DNA from: Planctomycetota bacterium
GTDB lineage: Bacteria; Planctomycetota; JACQVV01
Reading direction: 5' to 3'
Length of the DNA: 56,193 nt
Assembly: GCA_016209595.1 (NCBI GenBank)
Contig: JACQVV010000299.1
Location: 1 to 56,193 of the forward strand
Below, in pieces: positions 9,683-18,653 of the stretch (position 1 is its first letter; each line of letters starts with the position of its first letter). Under the pieces are notes generated by a model. It was not told the DNA's origin. It saw only the letters and a program-made list of their open reading frames with translations, and did not search any database. The translations under genes were made by a program, and so were the position numbers.

Positions 9683-10074
9683 ACACGAGCGCCCTGGTCG
9701 ATCTCGAGCGATCCGGAAGCTCGATCGAGACTCTCGCTCCGGACGGCGAAGTGGAGATTTTCGTCCCTGCGATCGCGGTGGCCGAGCTCTGGATCGGGAC
9801 CCTATCCTCCTCTTCCCGGAAAGTCCGCGAGAGGCGAGAGACGAGCCTTCTACGTCTCCTCGCCGGCCTGACGGTCCTCGCGTTCACTCACGAGATCGCG
9901 CCGACGTACGCCAAGCTCTTCGTCCAGCAGAGGAAAGCCGGCAAGCCGATCCCCGCGAACGATCTCCCCATCGCAGCCACCGCGCTCTACCACGGCCATG
10001 AGCTCCTCGTCGGTCGCTCCGACGAGGCGCATTTCCGCTCCGTTCGAGGCCTCAAGGTCCGCGTCCTGGTGTGA
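9667..10074 (+). CDS. vapC: VapC-family PIN-domain toxin
   Basis: LDTSALVD, AVAELW, IPANDLPIAATAL, SDEAHF. Confidence 0.88.
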   Translation: MGLALDTSALVDLERSGSSIETLAPDGEVEIFVPAIAVAELWIGTLSSSSRKVRERRETSLLRLLAGLTVLAFTHEIAPTYAKLFVQQRKAGKPIPANDLPIAATALYHGHELLVGRSDEAHFRSVRGLKVRVLV

Positions 10075-10210
10075 CCGCTCTCGGAGCCCGGCAGCCTGGA
10101 TCTCGAGTGCCGGCCACGCGGCCGCGGGCAGACTTGATGGGACCGCTCCGCTTCAAGGGCCCGCCTGAGGTCTTCGCCCCGGCGTGACCGTTGCGAAAGG
10201 AGGCAGTGCC

Positions 10211-13200
10211 ATGCCGATCCGTTTCACCTGTTCCTGCGGAGCCTCCATCCAGGTGCGTGACGAGCTCGCGGGGCGGAAGGTGCGCTGTCCGAAGTGCGGG
10301 AGCCCGGCGAGCATCCCCGTTCCGGCCCCGGGCGCGACGACGGAGCTCTCGATCCGGAATCTCGCCGGCGAGGCGGTGACGCTCCTCGACAGGCCGGAGC
10401 CGGGAACGCGAGGGGCTCCGCCGGGGGAGATGCTCGGCCGCTACCCCGTGGAAGGGTCGCTCGGCTCCGGTGGGATGGGGGATGTCCTCCTCGTCCGCGA
10501 CCCGGACCTGGGCCGGACGCTCGCGGCCAAGGTGATCCGGGGCCGGGAAGGGGACATCGATCGAACGCTCTTCGAGAAGTTCGTCATCGAGGCCCAAGTG
10601 ACGGGCCAGCTCGAGCATCCGAACATCGTCCCCGTCCACGAGCTCGCCGTCGCACCGGACGGCCGGGTCTATTTCACGATGAAGGAGGTCCGGGGGCGCG
10701 ATCTCGCGAAGGTGCTCGCCGAATCGCGAAGCGCGGGGAATGCGCAGAGAAGGACTGGCAGCCCCAATGCTTCCAAGTTCTCGCTTTCCCGACTCCTCGA
10801 GGTCTTCCTCAAAGTCCTCGACGCGGTGGGTTTTGCCCACTCCAAGGGCGTCATCCACCGCGATCTCAAGCCGGCGAACGTGATGGTCGGCGAGTTCGGC
10901 GAGGTCCTCGTGATGGACTGGGGGCTCGCCCGGACGCGGGGGACCGAACTCGGAAGGCGGAGTGACCCAAAAAATGCCTCGGGATCTGCGGTGGGCACGG
11001 CGGACGGCGCGGTCATGGGGACGCCGAGCTACATGCCCCCCGAGCAGGCGGATGGGGAGGTGGCGAAGATCGACGCCCGCTCCGACATCTACTCGCTCGG
11101 CGCGATCCTCTACGAGATCCTCACCCTCGAGCCCCCGTATACCGGAAAGACCGCCTGGGCGATCATCGAGGAGGTCTCGGCTGGCAATCTCGTCCTCCCG
11201 TCGCGGCGTGCGCCGGAGCGGGACGTCCCTCGCGAGCTCGAGGCCGCGGTCGTTCGCGCCATGGCCCCCGCCCGGGAGGATCGTTACCAGACGGTCGCCG
11301 AGTTCCGGGCGGACATCGAGGCCTATCTCTCCGGCAGGACGCTCGCCGCGGCCGAGTACAGCCCCTGGCAGCTCCTGGCCAAGTGGGCGAGGCGAAACAA
11401 GGTCGCCGTCCTGGGCGGAGCGGCCACGGCCGCGGCGCTCGTCTTCGGAATCGTCGGCATCGCCTACGTCCTTGGATGGGCGGAGGCGAAGAGACTTCGC
11501 TCGGTCGATCAGGCCCGGCTCGACGAGGAGGCCCGCGCGGCCCGGGAGCGCGTCGTGAGCGGAACCCAGCGCTACGAGGGGGGCGCCGTGCTCTGGGACG
11601 AGGCCGAGGCCGCCGAGGTCTTCAACCGTGCCGCCCCGCAGGGCTACTTCCGGAGTCGCGTGGCCGCGCTCCTCGCCATGGGGGGCGGCTACGAGGAACA
11701 CCCCGAGCATCCCGCCGCGTGGCGCGAGACGATCCTCGATCGTTCGCGCCGCCTCGAGGAGCAGGCCATGGAGGTGGCTGACTGGGTTCTCGCCGATGTC
11801 CTGGTCGAATCGACCAGGAACTGGGGCGTCCGGACGGCCGGCGAGGTCGAGCTCGCCCGCCGGCGCGTTCGAGACGCCTTCGAAGACGCAGCGCGCCAGG
11901 ACGTGGAGCGCCTCGAGGCAGCGATTCACGAGATCCTCGAGCGCGAAAAGACCGGCGTCCTCATCCCAGGCGAACTCGACGAGCGTGCCCGGCGGCTCGC
12001 CCGCTCGACAGGCCCGGCCGCGACCGGCCGGGCGCTCGAGCTCCTCGGCGAGGACAGGGCGGCCATCGAGCGTGTCTACCTCGCGACGTTTCTGGGAAAG
12101 AAGGCCGACGCCGACACCCCGGCGGCCGGGACCAGCGCGCCCGCGGTCATCCTCGCCGCCCTGGCCGAGCAAGCCGCGGATCCCGATCCCCGCGGCACCA
12201 ACGAGGCCGTGGCCTGGGTGCGGGCCGCGGAGAGGTTCGAGCTCGTCCGGCCCGGGAGCCTCGCAGGTGTCGATGAAGGTCTGGGCAAGCTCGCCGAGAG
12301 GGGCGCCGGGGCGGTTGCGGTCGCGGCGACGGGGGCCCTCGATCGGCTCCGCGAGGCCCGAGCCGGACGATCGGCGCTCGGGAGCATCTCGGTCGGCTCG
12401 GGCGAGTGGGAGAGGGCAGTCGCGGACCAGGCGGATCTCGTCCTCGCCCGCGCCCGTTCCGGCAGGCGCTACCTCGCCCACCTGGTAGAACTCGCGGCGG
12501 GCCGCGGAGACCTCCCCCTCTCGGGGAGCGCTGCTGCCTTCGTCCACGAGGAGATCGGCCTTGCCGGCGACCCGGACCGGGAGGCGCTCGCCGTCCTGGC
12601 GGCTGCCTTCGACCGCGCGGCCAGCCGCCTTCCCGAGGCCAAGGACCGCGAGACCCTCGAGGAGGCCGCCAGCGCCGCCCTCGCTCTGTCGCGGCTCGAG
12701 GCTCCTGGCTTCTCGAAGAACCTCCAAGCGGCCCGGTATCGGATCGGCCAGGATTCCACCTTCTGGTACCGGACCCGACTTGCCATGGGCCTTCTCCCGC
12801 TCGACTGGGATGAGCCTGGCACGGCCTCGGCCTGGAACAATCGCGGCCTCGCGCGGCTGGAGCAGGGAGACCTCGCCGGGGCCGTCGCCGACTTCACGCG
12901 GGCGATCCAGCTCGACCAGGACTTCACCATGGCCTACGTGAACCGGGGCATCGCACGGCGCGAACAGGGCGATCTCGCCGGCGCCATCGCCGACCACACC
13001 CAGGCGATCGAGATCGATCCGACCCTTCCGGCGGCCTACAGCAACCGGGGGAGCGCGCGGCATGCCCAGGGCGACCTCGCCGGAGCCAGCGCCGACTTCA
13101 CGCGCGCGATCGAGCTCGCCCCGGGCTTCGCCCCGGCCTACGTCAACCGGGGCAGCCTGCGGAACGAGCAGGGCGACCTCGCCGGCGCGATCGCCGATTA

Positions 13201-14197
13201 CACTCGGGCGATCGAGCTCGACCCGGACTTCGCCATGGCCTACAACAACCGGGGCAACGCGAAGTGGGCCCAGCGCGACCTGGCAGGAGCCATTGCCGAC
13301 TACACCCGCGCGATCGAGCTCGACCCGGACTTCGCCATGGCCTACGTCAGCCGGGGCGTCGCGCGGTACGACCAGCGCGACTTCAATGGCGCGATCGCCG
13401 ACTACACCCGCGCGATCGAGCTCGACCCGGAACACGCCGCGGCGTACAACGGCCGCGGCTTCGCCCGGCACGCCGAGGGCGACCTCGCCGGCGCCGTCGC
13501 CGACTTCACGCGCGCGATCGAGCTCGACCAGAGATTCTCCGAGGCCTACAACAACCGGGGCGCCGCGCGGAGGGACCAGGGGGACCTCCCCGGCGCCATC
13601 GCCGACTGCACGCGCGCGATCGAGCTCGCCCCGGACTTCGCCGCCGCCTACAACAACCGCGGCCTCGCGCGGAGCGACCAGGGTGACCTCCCCGGCGCCG
13701 TCGCCGACTACACGCGCGCGATCGAGCTCGACCCGGACCTCGCGGCCGCTTACAGCAACCGCGGCCTCGCGCGGCGCGAACAGGGCGACCTCGCCGGCGC
13801 CATCGCCGACTACACGCGCGCGATCGAGCTCGACCCGGACCTCGCGGCGGCCTACAGCAACAGGGGCATCGCGAGGTACGAGCAGAAGGACCTCGTCGGC
13901 GCGATCGCGGACTACACGCGGACGATCGAGCTCGACCCTGATGACGCCAAGGCCCATAGCAACCGCGGTATCGCGCGGAGCGACCAGGGCGACCTCGCCG
14001 GCGCCGTCGCCGATTTCGCGCGGGCGATCGAGCTCGACCCACAGAACTGGAAGGCCTGCGCCAACCAGGGGATCGCCCTCGCGTCGCTCGGCCGACGCGA
14101 GGAGGCAAGGGCCTCATTCGAGCGGGCCCTCGAGCGCTGCCCTGCCTCCGCGCGGGCCGCGGTCGAGGCCGCGCGCCGCCGGAGCCTGAGGGAATAG
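10211..14197 (+). CDS. Zn-ribbon / Ser-Thr kinase / TM / helical region / 13xTPR protein
   Basis: CSCG..CPKCG N-terminus; LGSGGMG, HRDLKPAN, DWG, YMPPEQ; hydrophobic segment LVFGIVGIAYVLGW; C-terminal TPRs. AAAGGAGG precedes ATG 10211. Confidence 0.9.
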   Translation: MPIRFTCSCGASIQVRDELAGRKVRCPKCGSPASIPVPAPGATTELSIRNLAGEAVTLLDRPEPGTRGAPPGEMLGRYPVEGSLGSGGMGDVLLVRDPDLGRTLAAKVIRGREGDIDRTLFEKFVIEAQVTGQLEHPNIVPVHELAVAPDGRVYFTMKEVRGRDLAKVLAESRSAGNAQRRTGSPNASKFSLSRLLEVFLKVLDAVGFAHSKGVIHRDLKPANVMVGEFGEVLVMDWGLARTRGTELGRRSDPKNASGSAVGTADGAVMGTPSYMPPEQADGEVAKIDARSDIYSLGAILYEILTLEPPYTGKTAWAIIEEVSAGNLVLPSRRAPERDVPRELEAAVVRAMAPAREDRYQTVAEFRADIEAYLSGRTLAAAEYSPWQLLAKWARRNKVAVLGGAATAAALVFGIVGIAYVLGWAEAKRLRSVDQARLDEEARAARERVVSGTQRYEGGAVLWDEAEAAEVFNRAAPQGYFRSRVAALLAMGGGYEEHPEHPAAWRETILDRSRRLEEQAMEVADWVLADVLVESTRNWGVRTAGEVELARRRVRDAFEDAARQDVERLEAAIHEILEREKTGVLIPGELDERARRLARSTGPAATGRALELLGEDRAAIERVYLATFLGKKADADTPAAGTSAPAVILAALAEQAADPDPRGTNEAVAWVRAAERFELVRPGSLAGVDEGLGKLAERGAGAVAVAATGALDRLREARAGRSALGSISVGSGEWERAVADQADLVLARARSGRRYLAHLVELAAGRGDLPLSGSAAAFVHEEIGLAGDPDREALAVLAAAFDRAASRLPEAKDRETLEEAASAALALSRLEAPGFSKNLQAARYRIGQDSTFWYRTRLAMGLLPLDWDEPGTASAWNNRGLARLEQGDLAGAVADFTRAIQLDQDFTMAYVNRGIARREQGDLAGAIADHTQAIEIDPTLPAAYSNRGSARHAQGDLAGASADFTRAIELAPGFAPAYVNRGSLRNEQGDLAGAIADYTRAIELDPDFAMAYNNRGNAKWAQRDLAGAIADYTRAIELDPDFAMAYVSRGVARYDQRDFNGAIADYTRAIELDPEHAAAYNGRGFARHAEGDLAGAVADFTRAIELDQRFSEAYNNRGAARRDQGDLPGAIADCTRAIELAPDFAAAYNNRGLARSDQGDLPGAVADYTRAIELDPDLAAAYSNRGLARREQGDLAGAIADYTRAIELDPDLAAAYSNRGIARYEQKDLVGAIADYTRTIELDPDDAKAHSNRGIARSDQGDLAGAVADFARAIELDPQNWKACANQGIALASLGRREEARASFERALERCPASARAAVEAARRRSLRE
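12824..14140 (+). repeat. Coding tandem repeat, about 13 x 102-nt units (TPR)
   Basis: Recurrent GGCGACCTCGCCGGCGCC(A/G)TCGCCGACT(A/T)CACGCGCGCGATCGAGCTCGACCC with 102-nt period; protein AYxNRG..QGDLAGAIADYTRAIELDP. Confidence 0.9.
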
Positions 14198-14372
14198 AGC
14201 ACGCCTGGAGCGTAGCGAATTGTAGCTGCGTTACGGAACGAAGCTCTAGGCCATGCCCCAGGGCCGGGCAAGAGTCTGTTGGAAAACGAGTTAGGCTCAC
14301 GATACGTGTGGCACGGACCTTGCGGCATCCTCCCGCCCCATCCCGCTCGCTCCCCGTCGAGAGATTCCAGAG

Positions 14373-16253
14373 ATGCCGCGCTTCGCGCCCCGGCTCGTTC
14401 TTCTTGTCGCTGTCCTGGCCGCGCCTGCCGCCGGACAGTCCGTGGCGATCGACCGCTTCAACGAGATCCTCCGCCAGCAGTGGGACGCCATCGGCCGGCC
14501 CGAGGCGGAGCGCATCCTGCCCGGACAGCTCCAGGGGCTCGCCGGACAGAGCTCGGGCGTTCTCTCGATCGAGAAGCTCGATGGGATCTCGCTCGATCTC
14601 AAGGCCGCGCCCGGCGTGGAGCGTATGGACGCCCGAGGCGTGAGGTTCCGCATCCCGCTTTCGGGAGGCTGGACGATCCGGGCGCGGGCGCACATGAAGC
14701 TCGAGGTCCGGATCTTCGGGATCCCGATCGTGCATCGGGCGCCGGTGGATGTCGTGATCCGGGAGCTCTCGATCGTCGCTGCGGGGACGATCGCGACCCG
14801 GAGCCCGGAGGAGCCGAAGGTCACCAACGCGACGAGCCGGATCGCGTTCCGGCTCTCTCTCTCCTCGCCCGACCCCCTCTTCGGTTTCGCCGCCCGCTGG
14901 GCGAGCTGGCTCTTCGAGAGGGTCCTGCGGGGTCCCGTCCTCGCGCTCCTCTCGGGATTCGTCCGGGAGAAGTTCCTCCCGCTCGCGAAGGGGCAGCCCG
15001 AGATCATCGGCCGCGGCGGGCCGGCGATGGTCGATCCCGGTCCCACCGATCTCGCCCGGCGGGCCCAAGAGATTGACTCGACGATCCAGCGGGACCTCTT
15101 GCCCTACGGAACGCTCCTCGTCGCGACCTATTCGAGTCCCAACCCCGGCGAGGGCACGGTCACCGCCTATCACGACTTCGGCGACTCGGCGATCTGGACC
15201 GGCCACTACCTCATGAGCCAGTGCTTCCGGTTCCGCGCGACGGGGGACGCCCGCGCGAAGGCCGGCGCGACGCGCGCGCTCGGCGGGATCGACGACCTCT
15301 TCGCGGTGACGGGCGGCGACGGCGTCCTCGCTCGCGCCGTGGCGCCGGCCTCGTCGCCCGAAGGCGCGGCGAAGATCGCCCAGGGCCCGCCGCTCCATCG
15401 CCGGACGATCCGCGGCGTGGACACGGTCGGCTGGGGCGCCGACTTCATCTCGCGCGACCAGTACACCGGGGTCATGGCCGGGATGGGGTTCGCCGATCTC
15501 ACGTTCGAGTCCGACCCCGCGGTCCGGGGGATCGTGAGAAAGAATGTCACGGCCGCCCTCGACCACATGCTCCGGAACAACTGGATCGTCTACTTCTCCG
15601 ACGGCCGCTTCTCCGTGAGTTTCGCCACGAAGTTCGACCAGCAGCTCGCGTTCCTCGCTCTGGGCCGGCGGGTGGACCCGGGTCGCTTCGACGCCCCCTT
15701 CCAGTACCTCGCCCCGACCGCCGAGCTCGTCTGGTTCCCCCTCTGGTCCGAGACCTGGGACCAGCACAAGAGCTACTACAAGTTCAACCTGGATCACACC
15801 ACGCTCGCCCTCCTCATGACGCTCGACCAGGACCCCGCGCGCTGGCGCGAATACCATCGGGGCCTCCGCATCCTCCGCCGCGCGCTCGACCATCACGAGA
15901 ACGCGTGGTTCCAGACGGTCGAGATGCTGGTCGACCCGGCGAGCCGGCCGTCGCTCGCCCCGAGGACCGAGATCGCCCTTCGCCTCTGGTGCCAGCGCCC
16001 CGAGCGCGCGGTCTCGCTCGACCCGCAGCGCATCGCTCTTCTTCCGCGCCAGACCTACGTGAACAAGCTCTCGGGCGAGAGCGACGAGATCGCGAGGCAC
16101 CCGGTCCCGATCGACCTCCGGGGGCCGACCGATTTCCTCTGGCAGCGGAGCCCCTTCGGCCTCGGCGTCGAGGCGAGCCCCCGCACTCGCTACTGCGGCG
16201 TGGACCTCGTCCTCCCCTATTGGATCGGACGGCACCTGGGCCTCTATCCGTGA
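14373..16253 (+). CDS. Secreted hypothetical protein; C-terminal half resembles an (alpha/alpha)-barrel glycosidase-like domain
   Basis: Signal peptide (LVLLVAVLAAPAAG); GDSAIWTGHYL, ISRDQYTG, DFLWQRSPF; coding-like codon usage. The fold is inference. Confidence 0.6.
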   Translation: MPRFAPRLVLLVAVLAAPAAGQSVAIDRFNEILRQQWDAIGRPEAERILPGQLQGLAGQSSGVLSIEKLDGISLDLKAAPGVERMDARGVRFRIPLSGGWTIRARAHMKLEVRIFGIPIVHRAPVDVVIRELSIVAAGTIATRSPEEPKVTNATSRIAFRLSLSSPDPLFGFAARWASWLFERVLRGPVLALLSGFVREKFLPLAKGQPEIIGRGGPAMVDPGPTDLARRAQEIDSTIQRDLLPYGTLLVATYSSPNPGEGTVTAYHDFGDSAIWTGHYLMSQCFRFRATGDARAKAGATRALGGIDDLFAVTGGDGVLARAVAPASSPEGAAKIAQGPPLHRRTIRGVDTVGWGADFISRDQYTGVMAGMGFADLTFESDPAVRGIVRKNVTAALDHMLRNNWIVYFSDGRFSVSFATKFDQQLAFLALGRRVDPGRFDAPFQYLAPTAELVWFPLWSETWDQHKSYYKFNLDHTTLALLMTLDQDPARWREYHRGLRILRRALDHHENAWFQTVEMLVDPASRPSLAPRTEIALRLWCQRPERAVSLDPQRIALLPRQTYVNKLSGESDEIARHPVPIDLRGPTDFLWQRSPFGLGVEASPRTRYCGVDLVLPYWIGRHLGLYP

Positions 16254-17215
16254 CCCGGCGGGGCCGGCTCGGGGCGCTCGGCGCGGTGGCCGCCCTTGCG
16301 GCAGCCGGGCTCTGGGCCCTGCCGGTCTGGCGGGATTCCGACAAGCCTCCCAGCGGCGCGGCCCCCGCCACCGAGCCTCAAGAACGGTCCGAGCGGAGCG
16401 CCGAAGACCGCGATCCTCCAGCGGACCGAGGGGCGACCGTCGAGCGCAAGGTCCGCGCCCCGGGCGGCCCCGAGGCGAAGGAGCCCGTGCGCGATCTTCT
16501 ACAGGACCTCGTCGATCTCGTCCCCCAAGAAGACCGGGGAGGCGAGGAGAGGGACATGGATGGGCTCCTGGCCGCTCGCGAAGGGGGGGAGCTAGACGAT
16601 CCCGCCCTCGCCGAAGCCCTCCGCACGAGACTCGACCGCGACCCGGACGTTGCCCTGGAACTCGTCCGCGCTCTCCCTCACGCCGCGACTCCCCAGCCCT
16701 TCTTCGTCGCGGTCCGGGCCCTCGCCCCGCTCGCGGGGCGACCCGAGGTTCGCGAAGGGCTCCTCTCGCTCCTCGCCCTCGGGACCGAGGAAGAACGCGA
16801 GCTCGTCCCCTTCGCCTTCCTCGGCACCCGCGACTCCGAGGCTCTCGCAAGCCTCTCCCGGATCTTCGCCGACCCGCATGACCGCCCGGCGGTCCGGGCG
16901 GCGGCCGGCTACGTCCTCGCCGGCTCCTGGGATGGGCTCGGGGCCTCTGATCGCGAGAAGGCGAGGAGCGCGGCACTCTCGGCCGCGACCGACGAGCGGG
17001 TCCCGCGAGTTCTCCGCCGCGAGGCGCTCGAGGTCCTGGCGGCCGCGGGCGTCACGAGCGACGAACGAACGCGCCTGGAAGAGCTCGCTGCGAACGAGCG
17101 CGACCCTGGCGTCCGCCTCCTCTACCTCCGGGTCCTCCATCCCGACTCGCCCGACGAGCCGGTGCGCGAGCTTCCCGAGGACGTCCTGCGCGAGTTCGAG
17201 GCGATGGACGGATAG
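16250..17215 (+). CDS. Membrane-anchored helical (HEAT-like) hypothetical protein
   Basis: GTGA overlap with the upstream stop; N-terminal hydrophobic anchor, low-complexity linker, motifs PAVRAAAGYVL, LRREALEVL, DPGVR. Confidence 0.6.
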   Translation: MTRRGRLGALGAVAALAAAGLWALPVWRDSDKPPSGAAPATEPQERSERSAEDRDPPADRGATVERKVRAPGGPEAKEPVRDLLQDLVDLVPQEDRGGEERDMDGLLAAREGGELDDPALAEALRTRLDRDPDVALELVRALPHAATPQPFFVAVRALAPLAGRPEVREGLLSLLALGTEEERELVPFAFLGTRDSEALASLSRIFADPHDRPAVRAAAGYVLAGSWDGLGASDREKARSAALSAATDERVPRVLRREALEVLAAAGVTSDERTRLEELAANERDPGVRLLYLRVLHPDSPDEPVRELPEDVLREFEAMDG

Positions 17216-17222
17216 GCCCGGC

Positions 17223-17564
17223 CTAGGAGCGGACTCCGAAGAGCGCGACCCGGACGACCCGCTCCACTCCTCGCAGGTCCCGTGGAGCCAGCCGCCCGAG
17301 CCTGGCAGCGACCAGCCGGGGCGTGATCGTCGCGAGCTTCGCCCTCGCCCAGGTCGGCAGGTAGAGGCCGGCACGCGCCCAGTCGCGGATCTCGCAGTCG
17401 AACGGCCCCGAGCGCGGCGCTGACGTGAGCATGGCGACGACGAGATCGCCCATCCGCCGCGCGTACTCCCGCGTCGAGAGAACCACGGCGGGCCTCGCCT
17501 TGCGACCGGTGAGATCCGAGAACGGAAACGGAACGAGAATGACGTCACCTCTTGCGAGACTCAC
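17223..17564 (-). CDS. MazF/PemK-family toxin
   Basis: RGDVILVPFPFSDLTGRKARPAVVLS, VVAMLTS, LGRL; GTG 17564 follows GGAGG. Confidence 0.9.
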   Translation of the reverse strand: MSLARGDVILVPFPFSDLTGRKARPAVVLSTREYARRMGDLVVAMLTSAPRSGPFDCEIRDWARAGLYLPTWARAKLATITPRLVAARLGRLAPRDLRGVERVVRVALFGVRS

Positions 17565-17811
17565 GGCGCCTCCAATCGTCGTAGACCGCGTCGTACGGAT
17601 TGTCCCAGTCCGCGGCGAAGCTGTCCGCCGAGAGGTCTCCCCACCCGTACGCCTGGCGCGCCTCCGCAAGCGCCACGAGATCGCTCTCCCGGATGCGCAA
17701 GAGGCGACCGTTCCGGTAGGCTCTGAGTCTTCCCGCCCGGATGCGCCTGCGGATCGTGGCGATGCTCACCCGGAGCTTCTGGGCGGCCTCGGCGATCGTC
17801 ATGTACCCCAT
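17545..17811 (-). CDS. Putative antitoxin: excisionase-like HTH plus acidic C-terminal tail
   Basis: YMTIAEAAQKLRVSIATIRRRIRAGRLRAYRNGRLLRI (HTH_17-like) plus LSADSFAADWDNPYDAVYD; overlaps the toxin start. Confidence 0.75.
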   Translation of the reverse strand: MGYMTIAEAAQKLRVSIATIRRRIRAGRLRAYRNGRLLRIRESDLVALAEARQAYGWGDLSADSFAADWDNPYDAVYDDWRRRESRKR

Positions 17812-17818
17812 GGTCGAG

Positions 17819-17847
17819 ATAGTGCGCGTGCGATCACAAGGAGTCAA
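17819..17847 (-). promoter_or_regulatory. Putative sigma70 promoter of the HTH-mazF operon (leaderless)
   Basis: Minus strand TTGACT, 17-nt spacer, CACTAT, 7 nt, ATG 17811. Confidence 0.45.
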
Positions 17848-17894
17848 GCACACATGACCCATGGAGTCCGTGACTTTCCCTCACGGTCGCTGGT

Positions 17895-17924
17895 TTGACT
17901 CGCCGGACCGCGCGGCTGTAAAAT
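17895..17924 (+). promoter_or_regulatory. Putative sigma70 promoter for the regulator-holA-SMC operon
   Basis: TTGACT (17895-900), 18-nt spacer, TAAAAT (17919-24); near-consensus in a very GC-rich background. Confidence 0.6.
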
Positions 17925-17957
17925 CCGCGCTCCTGGGGGGGAAGTCGCGGTAGCTCG

Positions 17958-18653
17958 ATGAAGCAGGCCAACATCCTCGTCGTGGACGACGACGCGGCGA
18001 TCCGAAAGATCGTCAGCACGAACCTCACGCGGGCGGGCTACGGGGCCGTGGTGGCGCCCGACGCGGAGCAGGCGCTCGCGATCCTCTCCGAGAACGGGGA
18101 CTTCGACCTCATCATCTCGGACGTGATGATGCCGCGGGTGGACGGGATGGAGTTCCGGAAGCGGGTGCTTTCGAACGAGCGGACCGCCCATATCCCGTTC
18201 GTCATGCTGACCGCCAAGAGGGGCACCGACGACCGGATCTCGAGCTACGAGCTCGATGTCGTGGCGTATCTGACCAAGCCCTTCGAGGCCAAGGAGCTCC
18301 TCGCCAAGGTCGCCTCGATCCTCCGCCAGGAGTCGAGAAGGGTCGCCTACACTTCCGAGCAGCGGCTCGAGGCCATCCGGCAGCTCACGGTCACGCTGAA
18401 CCACGAGATCAACAACCCGCTCTCGACCGTCCTGGGCCAGGCCGAGCTCCTGCTGCGGGGGGACGCGCTTCCTCCCCCCGAGAAGGCCCGCAAGATGGTG
18501 GGCGAGATCCGCGAGGCAGGCTACCGGATCCGGGAAGTGATCCAGAAGATCAACCGGATCCGTCAGATCGCGACCAAGACCTACCTCTCCGACATCGAGA
18601 TGGTGGACCTCGACCGGGCGATGTCCGAGAAGCCGGAGGAGTCCGCGAAGTGA
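17958..18653 (+). CDS. Response regulator with C-terminal HisKA-like dimerisation/phosphoacceptor domain
   Basis: ILVVDDD, ISDVMMP, MLTAK, KPF; then LNHEINNPL with no HATPase domain. Confidence 0.88.
   Translation: MKQANILVVDDDAAIRKIVSTNLTRAGYGAVVAPDAEQALAILSENGDFDLIISDVMMPRVDGMEFRKRVLSNERTAHIPFVMLTAKRGTDDRISSYELDVVAYLTKPFEAKELLAKVASILRQESRRVAYTSEQRLEAIRQLTVTLNHEINNPLSTVLGQAELLLRGDALPPPEKARKMVGEIREAGYRIREVIQKINRIRQIATKTYLSDIEMVDLDRAMSEKPEESAK

Noticed and set aside
12824-14140. CRISPR array or non-coding repeat
   Set aside because: The 102-nt in-frame units encode TPRs; there are no unique spacers and no cas genes.
3155-16976. Long antisense/overlapping ORFs (e.g. 3155-6049 +, 10052-13957 -, 13506-16976 -)
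   Set aside because: These are shadow frames of real genes caused by high GC; they are Arg/Pro/Gly-rich or antisense-like and have no motifs.
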